29,409 nt of DNA from a bacterium (lineage in GTDB: Bacteria; Hinthialibacterota; Hinthialibacteria; Hinthialibacterales; Hinthialibacteraceae), in assembly GCA_041946805.1 (NCBI GenBank), contig JBHGBC010000064.1:1-29409 (forward strand), read 5' to 3'. The position numbers were made by a program, and so were the translations under genes. Of the stretch, positions 16,521-26,308 are shown piece after piece; positions within the stretch are counted from its first letter, which is position 1; the number at the start of each line of letters is the position of its first letter. The notes beneath the pieces are model-generated. The model did no database searches. It saw nothing but the letters and a program-made list of their open reading frames with translations, and was not told the DNA's origin.

Positions 16521-18401
16521 TCACCGGGTCCGCGGCATCAGCACGTTGATCCGGGCGCCCGTCCCGGGACCCTCGCTTTCCGCGTAGAGATTGCCTTTCA
16601 TCGCCTGAACGACGTTGGCGCACCAATGCAGCCCGATTCCCGAATGCTCTTTTCCCTTCGTGGAATAATCCCGCTCGAAGATTTTGCGCAAATTTTCCTT
16701 GGAAATCCCTTCGCCATTATCCTGGATGCATACGTGAATCATGTCCGCTCCGGCGGGAGGGCCGTTGCCGGCGAAGATCCGGATGGCCCCCGGCGAACGT
16801 TTCGACTTGTGGATGGATTCGATGGCGTTGCGAATCAGGTTGGAAAAGACCTGGAGCATCGAGAGCCGGTGGATTTTGACGGAGCCGATATTCCCGACGC
16901 CGGGATCGACCTGGATCGAGATGTCCTGCCGCGCCGTGTCCGGAATAAATTCGATGGATTCGTTCAGCAATGAATCCAAGGGCCATTCCTCCTCGGTGTG
17001 CTCCCGCCGCTTGAATTGATCGTGGGCGCACATGATTTCCTCGATCTGGGTGGCCCGGCGGGCCAGACCGGCCAGTTTTTCCCCGGTGTGGACCAACAAG
17101 GCCTGGATTTTCCCCTCGGCCATCCCGGTGTATTTTTTCAGGTCGGCGCGGCGGGCGGGGGAGGTGGAGTCCAGGGCCAATTCCTTTTTGGCGAGCCGGA
17201 TCTTCTCGAGGGGCGCCTGGCGCAACTCCTGGAGGAGCAATCCGATCTCGACGAGCATGGGGCTCAACGTGTTCCGGATGTTGGGCAGGATGCCGGAGGC
17301 CATGTCGGCCATGCCGGAATAGTACGTCTGCTCGAGCAGGTTTTTCCGGGCCGCGGTCAATTGTTTCGCCATGTTCGCGAAGGCTGCGGACAAGATGCCG
17401 ATCTCGTCCTTGCGCGGCTCGTCCCGGAAATGTTCGAGATTGCCGGACTTGCCGATGGCGATGATCTGGCGGGTGAGGCGGAACAAGGGGCCGGTGATGA
17501 CGACCCGGACGGTGACGAGGATCACCAGCAAGAGGAGGAGGCCGGCCCCCAGGACGGACAGGAGGGCGAAATGCATGGCCGCGGCGCCCCGCTTGGCGAT
17601 GTCCCGCGGGACGTTGGCGCGCAGCAGCAGGATGGGATTTTTGTCCACGTCTTGATAAATGGAATACACCAGCAGGGTGTCGTTCATTGCCTCGAACACC
17701 TGATGCCGGTTGTGCCGGCCGAAATGATTGACAATTTCCAGTTCATGCCGGGAAATTTCCTTCGATTCCACCGGCCAGATATTGACATCGACCCGGGTTT
17801 GTTCCGCGCTGGTATCCTTCAATTCGTCGTTGAGCAGGCGGCCGAAGATCAGGGAGCCCCTGATCGGCTTCTCGCAGTTGCTGGTGATGATGGGGCGGGA
17901 CGCGATCAGCAGGGGTCCTTTGGGGGCGCGGTAGATTCCCGAAAACGATTCGTCCACTTCCGTGAAATTCGTCCGTTGGGGATTCCGCATCAATTGATCA
18001 TTCGCGATATCCTCCAATCCGCCAAACGCTTGATCATTGGTTTTGGGATCGTACCCTTTTCCCCAGATCAATTTCCCCCCGGGTTGGATGATCATGACCA
18101 GGCTCAGGGTGTAATTTTTGAAGGTTTCCGGGGTGAAATTGGCCTCTTCGAACTCCTTATATTGTTCGCCGACATATTTACACATGTCATCCCAAGCGGA
18201 CCAGTCATACAAGAACGCGTTGCGGTGTTCGATTTCCCGGTCGAGGGACTGGACGCAGCGTTCCATGTCCTTGACCGCTGCCTCGCGCTCCAGTTCGAGA
18301 AAATTGGGGTAAACGATCCGGTATTGAATGCCGTAATTCAGCACCACAAAAACCGCCATGAAGAGGGTGGAGAAAACGATGATTTTGTAGCGAAGCTTCA
18401 T
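16521..18401 (-). CDS. CHASE4-HAMP sensor histidine kinase with the phospho-accepting His apparently replaced by Pro (probably inactive), 626 aa
   Basis: TM1; DWSAWDD CHASE4 motif; TM2; [17 protein letters not shown]-box region [15 protein letters not shown] (usually LHN); N-box [20 protein letters not shown]. Confidence 0.85.
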   Translation of the reverse strand: MKLRYKIIVFSTLFMAVFVVLNYGIQYRIVYPNFLELEREAAVKDMERCVQSLDREIEHRNAFLYDWSAWDDMCKYVGEQYKEFEEANFTPETFKNYTLSLVMIIQPGGKLIWGKGYDPKTNDQAFGGLEDIANDQLMRNPQRTNFTEVDESFSGIYRAPKGPLLIASRPIITSNCEKPIRGSLIFGRLLNDELKDTSAEQTRVDVNIWPVESKEISRHELEIVNHFGRHNRHQVFEAMNDTLLVYSIYQDVDKNPILLLRANVPRDIAKRGAAAMHFALLSVLGAGLLLLLVILVTVRVVITGPLFRLTRQIIAIGKSGNLEHFRDEPRKDEIGILSAAFANMAKQLTAARKNLLEQTYYSGMADMASGILPNIRNTLSPMLVEIGLLLQELRQAPLEKIRLAKKELALDSTSPARRADLKKYTGMAEGKIQALLVHTGEKLAGLARRATQIEEIMCAHDQFKRREHTEEEWPLDSLLNESIEFIPDTARQDISIQVDPGVGNIGSVKIHRLSMLQVFSNLIRNAIESIHKSKRSPGAIRIFAGNGPPAGADMIHVCIQDNGEGISKENLRKIFERDYSTKGKEHSGIGLHWCANVVQAMKGNLYAESEGPGTGARINVLMPRTR

Positions 18402-18554
18402 GGGACGCTCCCGCCGGTTTTACCGCCGATGGCCCCCGGGGCCAGGGTGTTGGTCCGGCCGCCTCTTCCGGGCCGGTTTTTCCAGGAATGCATGTCCCCG
18501 GACATCGTCCCGAGGGCCGTTTCGACCGCATTGCACGCATGGGCAGACGCCACC

Positions 18555-20639
18555 TCAAACCGGGATGGGATTGTTTTTCCCGAAGCGATGGACAAATTCG
18601 TTTTCCGGCATGGGACGCCCCAGGAAATACCCTTGGGCCATGTCGCAATCCAGTTCCTTCAGGAGGTCAAGTTGGGTCTGGACTTCCACTCCTTCCGCCG
18701 TGACCTGCAAACCGAGTCCATGGGCCATGACAATAATGGAGCGGGTCAAGTTATAGTTTTGAGGATTCGTGGACAGGTCCTTGATGAAGCAGCAGTCGAT
18801 TTTCAATCCATCGAAGGGCAAGCTATGGATATAGCTCAAGGAAGAATATCCTGTGCCGAAGTCATCGATCGACAAGCGGATGCCCATTTCCTTGAGCCGG
18901 GTCAACGTGGCGATCACCGTGCCGGATTTGTTCAACAGCAGGCTTTCGGTCAATTCGAACTCCAGGAAGTGGGGATCGGCCCCGGTCTTTTTCAGGATTT
19001 TATTCACCAGGGAGAGAAACTTGTCCTGCATGAAGTGAATGGCGGAAATATTGACAGCGTACCGCACCGGGGGCAATTGCCGGTTCCGGTTTTCCATCAT
19101 GTGGGCGCAAACCGAATGGAGGACGAATTCCGTAATCGGGCCGATGAACCGGGTTTCCTCGGCCAAGGGGATGAAGAGAGAAGGGGGAATGGGGCCGTCG
19201 GCGGGATGCTCCCACCGCGCCAGCGCTTCCGCTCCCACCAGGCCGCCGGTCTGGATCAGGAATTGGGGCTGGTAATGGACCGCCAGTTGGTTGTTTTCCA
19301 GGGCGCGCCGCAAATCCGCCTCGAGTTTCACCCGGTTGACGATCGAGTCATGCAATTCCCGTTTATAGAATTCGTATCCGCTTTTGTTTTCCTTGGCCCG
19401 GTACATGGCCGTATGGGCGTTTTTCAGGAGAGTGGCGGCATCCAGGCCGTCGTCGGGATAAATGCTGATTCCCAAGCTGGCGTCCAGGTAGATTTCATGC
19501 TCGTTGTAGTGGAAGGGAGTGACGAACTCGCGCAGCAGACGCCGCACGGCCATGGCCACATCGTGCGGGCGGTGGATTCCCTGAAGCAGCAGCAAAAGGA
19601 ACTCATCGCCGCCCATCCGGGCCACCGTGTCGCCGGCGCGCACGGAGGCATTGAGGCGGTCGGCCAGTTTTTTCAACAAATAATCACCCACGTCATGGCC
19701 GAGGGTCTCGTTGATGGTTTTGAACCGGTCCAGGTCCAACAGCAAGACCGCGACCCGCTGTTGATTGCGTCCGGCCTGGGCCAGGGCGGTGGACAAGCGT
19801 TCGTTGAAGAGATCCCGGTTGGGCAGATTGGTCAACGGATCGATTTGGGTCAGATGGCGCAGCCGGCTTTCGATCCGTTTCCGTTCGGTGATATCCACCT
19901 CGGTAGCCACGAAATGCGAGAGAGCGCCATTCATGTGGCGGATGGGTGAGATCGAAGCGCTGACCCAGTACGATTCGCCGTTCTTTTTTTTGTTGCACAA
20001 CTCCCCGCACCATTCCTCGCCCCGGGTGATGGTTTCCCAAAGGGTTTTGTAAAGAAGGGGCGGTTGGTTATCTCCCTTGAAGATGCGGGGATTCCGCCCA
20101 AGGACTTCCTCGGCGGTATAGCCCGTGATTTCCGTGAATTTGGGATTGACGTACTCGATGCGCCCATCCAGGCCGGTGATCAGGATCATGCCGGGGCTTT
20201 GTTCGACGATCCGCGAGAGGGTGCGCAGCCTTTCAAAGGAGCGCGAGGCGCGGAGGATGTAGCGGATCCGTTGGTTCAGGATCATCCAATTCACCGGCTT
20301 GACCGCGAAATCCGTCGCTTCGGTCTCGAACGCCTTGTTGATGGATTCGATGTCGTTCAACCCGGTCATGACCACCACGGGTATCTCCTTGCCCTGGGGC
20401 AGCCGGCGGATTTCCCGCAAGGCGGCGAAGCCATCCATGACGGGCATCATGACATCCAACAACATCAGGTCCGGCGCGCACTCGCGGACCATCGCCACCG
20501 CCTGGGCGCCATGTTCCGCTTCCTGCACGCGGAATCCCATACTTTCCATGGCATCACGGGCCAACAGGCGGATGACCTTGTCGTCATCCACAATCAATAC
20601 ATAAGGCACACACGGATGCATTTCCGGCAAGTCAGGCAT
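18555..20639 (-). CDS. REC-PAS-GGDEF-EAL c-di-GMP signalling protein, 694 aa
   Basis: VLIVDDD and LLDVMMPVMDG receiver; YVNPKF..ITGY PAS; DPLTNLPNR, LDLDRFKTINETLGH and RMGGDEF; EALARW, ELTES, DDFGTGYSSL, EGVE and QGY. GAGGA RBS. Confidence 0.95.
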   Translation of the reverse strand: MPDLPEMHPCVPYVLIVDDDKVIRLLARDAMESMGFRVQEAEHGAQAVAMVRECAPDLMLLDVMMPVMDGFAALREIRRLPQGKEIPVVVMTGLNDIESINKAFETEATDFAVKPVNWMILNQRIRYILRASRSFERLRTLSRIVEQSPGMILITGLDGRIEYVNPKFTEITGYTAEEVLGRNPRIFKGDNQPPLLYKTLWETITRGEEWCGELCNKKKNGESYWVSASISPIRHMNGALSHFVATEVDITERKRIESRLRHLTQIDPLTNLPNRDLFNERLSTALAQAGRNQQRVAVLLLDLDRFKTINETLGHDVGDYLLKKLADRLNASVRAGDTVARMGGDEFLLLLLQGIHRPHDVAMAVRRLLREFVTPFHYNEHEIYLDASLGISIYPDDGLDAATLLKNAHTAMYRAKENKSGYEFYKRELHDSIVNRVKLEADLRRALENNQLAVHYQPQFLIQTGGLVGAEALARWEHPADGPIPPSLFIPLAEETRFIGPITEFVLHSVCAHMMENRNRQLPPVRYAVNISAIHFMQDKFLSLVNKILKKTGADPHFLEFELTESLLLNKSGTVIATLTRLKEMGIRLSIDDFGTGYSSLSYIHSLPFDGLKIDCCFIKDLSTNPQNYNLTRSIIVMAHGLGLQVTAEGVEVQTQLDLLKELDCDMAQGYFLGRPMPENEFVHRFGKNNPIPV

Positions 20640-20713
20640 ATCCTCAATTCCTTCTAAAACAATAATCGGTGTGGGGCGTCATCGCGCGAAATCACAAACC
20701 AAGCAATTCTTGA

Positions 20714-20923
20714 TGATTAACCGGTCCGTGCGCGCCTGACGGTGAAAAGAGTGTCCCTCCGTTTGATGGTATGGACGGATCCCAAGGTCCGCCTCGACAA
20801 AAATTGACTGATTCTCCCCCTCTTCCCGAGAGAGAGGGAAATTGGGATTGCTCATTCCGATCCGGCGGGTAGAAGAGCGGCCGGGCCGTCTGGAAAATAG
20901 GCACGTACTTACCGGATGAATCC
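20714..20923 (+). mobile_element. Copy A of a ~210-bp MITE-like element (degenerate)
   Basis: Left end TGATTAACCGGTCCGTGCGCGC and right end GCACGTACTTACCGGATGAATCC are imperfect inverted repeats. Internal GGACGGATCCCAAGGTCCGC and CCCTCT..AGAGGG hairpins occur in the same order as in copies B and D. Confidence 0.6.
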
Positions 20924-21118
20924 CGGTTAGTTGTCGAATCCATCCTTACCCTGCCATGCTGAATCCATGCCAAGGTCCTTAAGCCAATTCAGTTTAATTA
21001 TCGGCGGGACAAGGCCAGGCACTGAAGCTGGAAGTAGAGGAAAAATGACAAATTGCAGAGGATGATCTAGTTCCGTAAAAATTCAAGTGTTTATTTATGG
21101 ATCAAATGAAATATATTG

Positions 21119-21331
21119 TGGTTCATTCGATAAGTGCGTACCGGTGGAGGTAAAATGGATCCCCTTCGCCCCAGGAGGAGGACGGACACCCAGGTCCGCT
21201 CCCGCCAAAATTCCCTCACCCAGACACTCTCCCAGAGGAGGAGGGGATGGAGAGCAGTTCTCATGCATCCAGCCGGTTCGTTTCCGGCCGCGCCCCAAGG
21301 ATCGAAGGCACTCCCGCGCCGGAAGAATCCA
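21119..21331 (+). mobile_element. Copy B of the ~210-bp MITE-like element
   Basis: 21120-21164 matches 29211-29255 at 37/45 positions without gaps. Internal GGACGGACACCCAGGTCCGC and CCCTCACCC..CTCTCCCAGAGGAGGAGGG; degenerate right end GCACTCCCGCGCCGGAAGAATCCA. Confidence 0.7.
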
Positions 21332-21380
21332 TTCCGCCACGGTTTAATTCAGCAACGATTTCAGAGACCGGAAGATTCTA

Positions 21381-22499
21381 TTACTCCAACCGCCAGCCAG
21401 ACGCGCCGGCGGTCAGCGTGGTATGTCCCTTATAACGGTCGTAAACCGCGTGCATTTCTTCGATCGTGTCGAAATAGCCCACGATATGGGCCGCGCTGAA
21501 CGAGTCACCCGCCTTCACCGGCCGGCCGTGAATTTCCTCGATCATGACGATGATGTCACCGGGCCGCTGGCTGCACCACGCTTCATAGACCACGGAAGGC
21601 TCGAGGGTCAATCCGGCCAACCACGGTCCGTCTTTGCCCGTTTCCGGATCCCGCAAGTGACAGGCGCGGATGAAATGCTCCGGCGTTTTATTGAGATCGC
21701 GGCGGTAGCCGAATTTCAGGTCCGGCGGGAACGGGGTGAAGAACTCGCTGGAGGGGATGCGCACGCCATGGGAGCCGCTGAGATAGCTGAGGTAAATCTC
21801 GCTGAACGTGTCGCCCTTCACATGGCGGACACATCCCGGCGTGTCGTTGCGCAAGAACATTTCCGGCGAATCGTTGACACTATCGATCCGGTCCATCAAG
21901 AGAAAGTACCGCTCGCCGCGGGGAAAGACGATCCGCTGCGTCCAGCGCGAACCGGCCTGGCGGTCGGGGGCGGCATATTCGTACTGATAGGTGGTCGTGA
22001 CCGCGATGAAGTCCCGGCCGCGGATGACCTCCGGCTGGACGGGTTTCATGCGGTGGCAGAGTTGGGGCCCCTCGACCATGCGCTTGCGGTGGCTGCTGCC
22101 GTGGGCCATCAGAGCGTAGGCGCGGCGGTTCGGATCGGTTTCGTTCTCATACCAAGTGTACCGGCCGACGCCAAGCCCGTCCGGGGCAATCACCTGGCCG
22201 CCGTATTCTTCATCGCTGCCCGCCTCCATGAGCCAATCGACGACCATCAAGCCGTCGCCGATATCCCGGAAGCCGGTGGTTTTGTCGAGAAACGAGCCTT
22301 TTTCGATTCCGGTCATCCAATGCTTGGGGTCCTTCTTGGGAATGGCGGCTTCCAGCAGGCTGGTTTCGATTCGGATGGCGCGATCGTCCTCGAGCACACG
22401 CGCCCAGCCATTATCGGGCGCCGTTTCGGCCCCCCAAACGGCCAAGTTGGCGATGGCCAGCATCAGAATACTCAATCCGCATTGGGGAAGACACCGCAT
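21381..22499 (-). CDS. Secreted hypothetical protein, 372 aa
   Basis: Sec-type signal (MRCLPQCGLSILMLAIANLAVWG|AE), AGGAG RBS and normal codon bias. No family recognised. Confidence 0.8.
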   Translation of the reverse strand: MRCLPQCGLSILMLAIANLAVWGAETAPDNGWARVLEDDRAIRIETSLLEAAIPKKDPKHWMTGIEKGSFLDKTTGFRDIGDGLMVVDWLMEAGSDEEYGGQVIAPDGLGVGRYTWYENETDPNRRAYALMAHGSSHRKRMVEGPQLCHRMKPVQPEVIRGRDFIAVTTTYQYEYAAPDRQAGSRWTQRIVFPRGERYFLLMDRIDSVNDSPEMFLRNDTPGCVRHVKGDTFSEIYLSYLSGSHGVRIPSSEFFTPFPPDLKFGYRRDLNKTPEHFIRACHLRDPETGKDGPWLAGLTLEPSVVYEAWCSQRPGDIIVMIEEIHGRPVKAGDSFSAAHIVGYFDTIEEMHAVYDRYKGHTTLTAGASGWRLE

Positions 22500-22656
22500 G
22501 CCGATTCTCCTGAATGGTTTCGTTCGGATTATGATACCCGCGGATCATACACCCTAGATCCCTTGCCGGGGGCATTATAGATAAAAAATAGACCGTAGGA
22601 TATATGCGCACCTTTTTCACGAGGATACGCATCTTTTTTATCCCGGATAGATAGTT

Positions 22657-22681
22657 GAGGCACATTGCATCGTGCCCCTAT
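22657..22681. repeat. Degenerate AGGGGCACG..CGTGCCCCT REP-like palindrome
   Basis: GAGGCACATTGCATCGTGCCCCTAT, same family as 27028-27051. Confidence 0.55.
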
Positions 22682-22771
22682 AACACCATCGGACAGAATC
22701 ATCCCAGGGCTGGGCCAATTCGTAATTATTTACCTAATTGCTTAGAAATCATGGATTCCGCCCTTTCAGGG

Positions 22772-22892
22772 CTTCCCTCACCCCAATCCTCTCCCAGAGG
22801 GAGAGGGGATTTTGGAGGTGGTTTTCATGGGTCCCTTCAACGAGCCGCGAGTTGGCCATTTGATGAAAAGTACGCACTGGCCGGATGATCCA
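22772..22892 (+). repeat. Copy C: right half of the MITE-like element (hairpin plus right terminal repeat)
   Basis: CCCTCACCCCAATCCTCTCCCAGAGGGAGAGG hairpin; 22820-22878 matches 29351-29409 at 43/59 positions without gaps; ends GTACGCACTGGCCGGATGATCCA. Confidence 0.8.
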
Positions 22893-23013
22893 AAAATAGT
22901 ATCCACCATCGAATACAGCGAATCCATTTCAAAAAGCCAACCGCCCATTTCATCGTCACGCGATTCTCCTATACAATGCACATCGTCTTTCATCCGCACG
23001 AAGGAGATCAATC

Positions 23014-24183
23014 ATGACTCATCCGTCATTCACCCGCCGGGGATTCATCCGGGGCGGGATGATCACCGGGGCGGTCCTTTCCATGTCCTTGGGCACGGCC
23101 CGGGCGGAGGGACAATCCAAACGCATTCGCGTTGGCGTTATCGGGTGCGGCAGCGTTTCCCATTCCTATCTGCCGCACTTATCGGAGTGCCCTTACGCCG
23201 AGCTGGTCAGCGCGTGCGACATCAAACCCGAACGGGCGGCGGCCCAGGCGGCGAAATTCCAGATCCCCAACCAGTATCCGCACATCGACAAAATGCTGGC
23301 CGGGACCGAGTTTGACCTGCTGGTGAACCTGACCAACATGCAGGAGCACGAACACCTCAACCGCCAGGCGTTGGAAGCGGGCAAGCACGTCTGGAGCGAA
23401 AAGCCGCTGGCCAACTCGCTGGCGGCCGGCCAGGCCTTGCTCGAATTGGCGCGGAAAAAAGGCGTGCGGTTGTGGGGAGCGCCCTGCATGGTGGAAAGCC
23501 CGCAGTTCGCCTTCATGGCGAAGACGCTCGCGTCCGGGGCGCTGGGGCAGTTGGCGGCGGCGCATGCCGATTACGGGCACACCGGCCCGGATTGGTCGGC
23601 CTTCTTCTATGAAAAAGGCGGCGGCGACCTGCCCGACCTAGCCGTGTACAACTTGACAACCCTGACCGGACTCCTCGGCCCGGCGAAATCGGTCACCGCC
23701 ATGACCAGCATCATCACCCCGGTCCGCAAGGTTCAGGACAAGGGGGAGATCCAAGTGGAAGCCGAAGACAACTCCATGCTGCTCCTGGAGCACGCGGACG
23801 GTCTGATTTCCCATGTCCAAAGCGGATTCAACTATTTCAATCCCCATGGTCATGACGGGAGCCAGGAAACCCGGCACACGGTTTCGATCGTGGGCAACCG
23901 GGGCTGCATGGGCCTGGTGGGATACGACTGGGATCCGCGGGGCGTGGACGTGGCGACCGAGGAACACCCGGCTTACGAGCGGCACGTGACCGACAAGGGC
24001 GATTTCGTCTGGCAGATGGGCGCGTCCCTGGCGGCCAAAAGTCTGGTCACCGGCCAGGAGCTGCTCATCACGCCCGAGCACGCCCTGCACGTGTTGGAGA
24101 TCATCGAGGCCACGCGGGAATCGCAGGCCACCGGCCGCCGGATTCCTCTGACATCCACGTTCCGGTGGCCAGTCGCGCGCTGA
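23014..24183 (+). CDS. Tat-exported Gfo/Idh/MocA-family NAD(P)-dependent oxidoreductase, 389 aa
   Basis: TRRGFI signal with ARA|E; RVGVIGCGSVS Rossmann motif; AGKHVWSEKP; GGGDLPDLAVY. AAGGAG RBS. Confidence 0.93.
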   Translation: MTHPSFTRRGFIRGGMITGAVLSMSLGTARAEGQSKRIRVGVIGCGSVSHSYLPHLSECPYAELVSACDIKPERAAAQAAKFQIPNQYPHIDKMLAGTEFDLLVNLTNMQEHEHLNRQALEAGKHVWSEKPLANSLAAGQALLELARKKGVRLWGAPCMVESPQFAFMAKTLASGALGQLAAAHADYGHTGPDWSAFFYEKGGGDLPDLAVYNLTTLTGLLGPAKSVTAMTSIITPVRKVQDKGEIQVEAEDNSMLLLEHADGLISHVQSGFNYFNPHGHDGSQETRHTVSIVGNRGCMGLVGYDWDPRGVDVATEEHPAYERHVTDKGDFVWQMGASLAAKSLVTGQELLITPEHALHVLEIIEATRESQATGRRIPLTSTFRWPVAR

Positions 24184-24229
24184 CCGGATTCACCCGGCGT
24201 AGATGAAAGATGAAACGAGCCGGGGGGGG

Positions 24230-25585
24230 CTAGACCGCTTCGAGGATCAAACCCCAATCGCCTTCGCCGGTCTCGTTCTTCGCGGGAGGGGTGAAATCGC
24301 GCTTTCCGTTTTTGGGAATGGAAGCCGGCTCCAGCGGTTGCGTTCGTCCGCGGGTGGGATCGAACCAGCGGGCCGCCACCGGGCCTTGCAGCCGGTCCAG
24401 ATCGACGGTGATCGTCCGCGGGCTGGGAAGGTAAACGAGCGCGAAGCGGCCGTCATCGCTCCGCGCGGCGGTGACGTAATCGGCTTGCTTCCAGGTTCCG
24501 AATCCGGCGGTGACCAGTTGATGATCCAGATCTGGAACCAGCCGCCACCAGGGTCCTGATTCCATGAACCGGGCGAGCAGCGGCGCTTGCCGGGTGGATT
24601 CGGCTTTCAGCACGTCGCGCCAGTTGGGTTCGAAACGCCACAAGCGGGTTCCGGCGCAATAGCCACAGGCCCCCGAAAGCGCCGCCCAGTAGGCGTTGCG
24701 CCGAATGCGGTAGGGATTCCAGAGATCACCTTGGCGGGCGTCCGGGAGCCGTTCGATGGCGTTGGGTTCGTCCTGGTAGCCGGTTTCGCCCAGCAGAACC
24801 GGCCGGATGGGATCTGTGCGCTGGTATTCCGGGATTACGTGCAAATAAGACGCGCCGTAGGTGTAAGCCATGTTCACGTCCAGCCAATCGTCCGGGGCGA
24901 AGAAGGCCGCGCTGGCGAATTCAGGGGACAGGTGGGCGGTTTGCAAGTGATGGGGCGCCGCATTCCGGGCAGCCCGAGCGAGCCGCCGCGCGCATTCGGC
25001 CAGGCGTTCATCCGGATTGCGGTCGCCGCAGTGCATCCACATGAGATTCTTGAACCGGGCATAGCGGCCGGCCAGGAAACGGCCATAGACCGAAGCGCTT
25101 TCGGGGGTGACGTGATGCATCCACAGCCCTCCACCGGCCCCATACCAGAGGTTGGACATGATGACGAAGAAATCCCGCCGGGCGGCCTCTTCCATGACTG
25201 TGTCCGCGTACCGCCAGTAGGCCTCGACGGGCTGGGTGATATCCAGTTCGGGCTTGAAGGCGACATTCCCGTACGCGTCGACCGAGGGGAGGTGGCTGTC
25301 ATCCAGGATTTCGAGAAACAGTGTGTTGAATCCCTTCGCCTGGCGGTCATCCATGATGAGGCGGACATCCTCCAGTGGAAGTTTCTGGAGAAACCAGGGC
25401 GTGTCGCCGATCACGAAAAAGGGCCGTTGGTTCGCGTCAACCAGATAGCGCCGGTTTTCACTGACCATCAAAGGGAAGTGACTCCCTTCCCCGCTTTCGG
25501 CCGAATCTTTGGAGAGAGAGATTGAAGTGGAACTCAAAAAAGCCCCCGTGGAGGCGATGAGGAACTCCCGCCGCTTCCAATCCAT
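24230..25585 (-). CDS. Tat-exported DUF4038/apiosidase-like (GH140-type) glycoside hydrolase with a C-terminal putative collagen-binding-type domain
   Basis: MDWKRREFL signal; L.VSENRRYLVDANQRPFFVIGDTPW; DRQAKGFN; W..CGD; PVLLGETGY; RRNAYWA.LSGA.G; C-terminal ARWFDPTRG...GDWGLIL. Start at ATG 25585 after AAGGGAG. Confidence 0.85.
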   Translation of the reverse strand: MDWKRREFLIASTGAFLSSTSISLSKDSAESGEGSHFPLMVSENRRYLVDANQRPFFVIGDTPWFLQKLPLEDVRLIMDDRQAKGFNTLFLEILDDSHLPSVDAYGNVAFKPELDITQPVEAYWRYADTVMEEAARRDFFVIMSNLWYGAGGGLWMHHVTPESASVYGRFLAGRYARFKNLMWMHCGDRNPDERLAECARRLARAARNAAPHHLQTAHLSPEFASAAFFAPDDWLDVNMAYTYGASYLHVIPEYQRTDPIRPVLLGETGYQDEPNAIERLPDARQGDLWNPYRIRRNAYWAALSGACGYCAGTRLWRFEPNWRDVLKAESTRQAPLLARFMESGPWWRLVPDLDHQLVTAGFGTWKQADYVTAARSDDGRFALVYLPSPRTITVDLDRLQGPVAARWFDPTRGRTQPLEPASIPKNGKRDFTPPAKNETGEGDWGLILEAV

Positions 25586-25628
25586 GGCGCCCGCTCCCTT
25601 CTGTGATGAAATGAACAGCATCTTGTCG

Positions 25629-25756
25629 TGGATTCATCCGGCAAGTGAGTACAAAGTATCAGGCATGTTCGGCCATTCTTCAATCGGACCGGCCGGGATT
25701 TTGAACCTTCAATTCCCTCTCCTCTTGTGGGAAAGGGGTAGAGTGAGGGGATTTTT
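25629..25756 (-). repeat. Copy F: right half of the MITE-like element, in reverse orientation
   Basis: TGGATTCATCCGGCAAGTGAGTAC (25629-25652) is the terminal repeat; reversed hairpin TCCCTCTCC..GGGAAAGGGGTAGAGTGAGGGG at 25714-25750. Confidence 0.75.
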
Positions 25757-25769
25757 CAGCGTTAATTAT

Positions 25770-25796
25770 GTCATCCCCGTGAAACCGGGGATCCAG
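25770..25796. repeat. REP-like palindrome GTCATCCCCGTGAAACCGGGGATCCAG
   Basis: Stem ATCCCCG / CGGGGAT just after the DinB stop codon; resembles the widespread GTCATTCCCGCG..GCGGGAATCCAG repeat type. Confidence 0.55.
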
Positions 25797-25814
25797 AGAA
25801 AATTGACAAATTTA

Positions 25815-26261
25815 TCATCGTCCCAGGATCTGGTTCAGGTGATGCCGCATGTGGCGCAGGTAGTCCTGTGCCAAGAATTCCAGCGTCACCGGATCATCCT
25901 TGCCGATGTTGCAGGGCGAAGACAAGGCGTCGTCAGGAATGCGCTCGATGAGATCGCTCAAATGCCGGTTGTACGCGGACCACAGGATGATCAGATTCCC
26001 CCAATCCGATTCCTGATAACGCTGGACACGAATCCAATCTCGTTGGTTGTACGCGGGGAACGCGTTCGCCGCGTGACAGGCAGCCCGTACAAACCGCTGA
26101 TGGTTGTTACAGGCCGAGTCGATCAGATGGCCCAGGATCTCCTTCTTGGACCATGACTCGGGACTTTCTTTCGCGGAAATGTCTTCCGTGGTCAGGCCTT
26201 CCAGAAGAGCCGTAATTTCGTCGACCAGACCACGGATCTCACGGGCAATGGATAGCATCAT
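25815..26261 (-). CDS. DinB/YfiT-family protein, 148 aa
   Basis: WSKKEILGHLIDSACNNHQRFVRA and DYLRHMRHHLNQI (His triad). Confidence 0.88.
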   Translation of the reverse strand: MMLSIAREIRGLVDEITALLEGLTTEDISAKESPESWSKKEILGHLIDSACNNHQRFVRAACHAANAFPAYNQRDWIRVQRYQESDWGNLIILWSAYNRHLSDLIERIPDDALSSPCNIGKDDPVTLEFLAQDYLRHMRHHLNQILGR

Positions 26262-26308
26262 CGGTGCATCGCCACTCTATACAGGGTAAGTAGCCAATCC
26301 TCGGGATT

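Noticed and set aside
15103..16626. 507-aa and 244-aa ORFs as two independent genes
   Set aside because: They are fragments of one hybrid kinase. The start is ATG 16485, and the sequence after NDTGIGIP is out-of-frame read-through.
16998..19949. 983-aa plus-strand ORF
   Set aside because: Antisense shadow of the CHASE4 kinase and GGDEF-EAL genes, which carry clear motifs; long shadow frames are common in GC-rich DNA.
20640..21120. c-di-GMP riboswitch upstream of the GGDEF-EAL gene
   Set aside because: No GEMM-type consensus recognised; the hairpins there belong to repeat copy A.
22570..22645. Imperfect direct and inverted repeats (AGGATA..CGCA.CTTTTT twice) in the divergent promoter region
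   Set aside because: Short, AT-rich and gapped; cannot be distinguished from chance without orthologous sequences.
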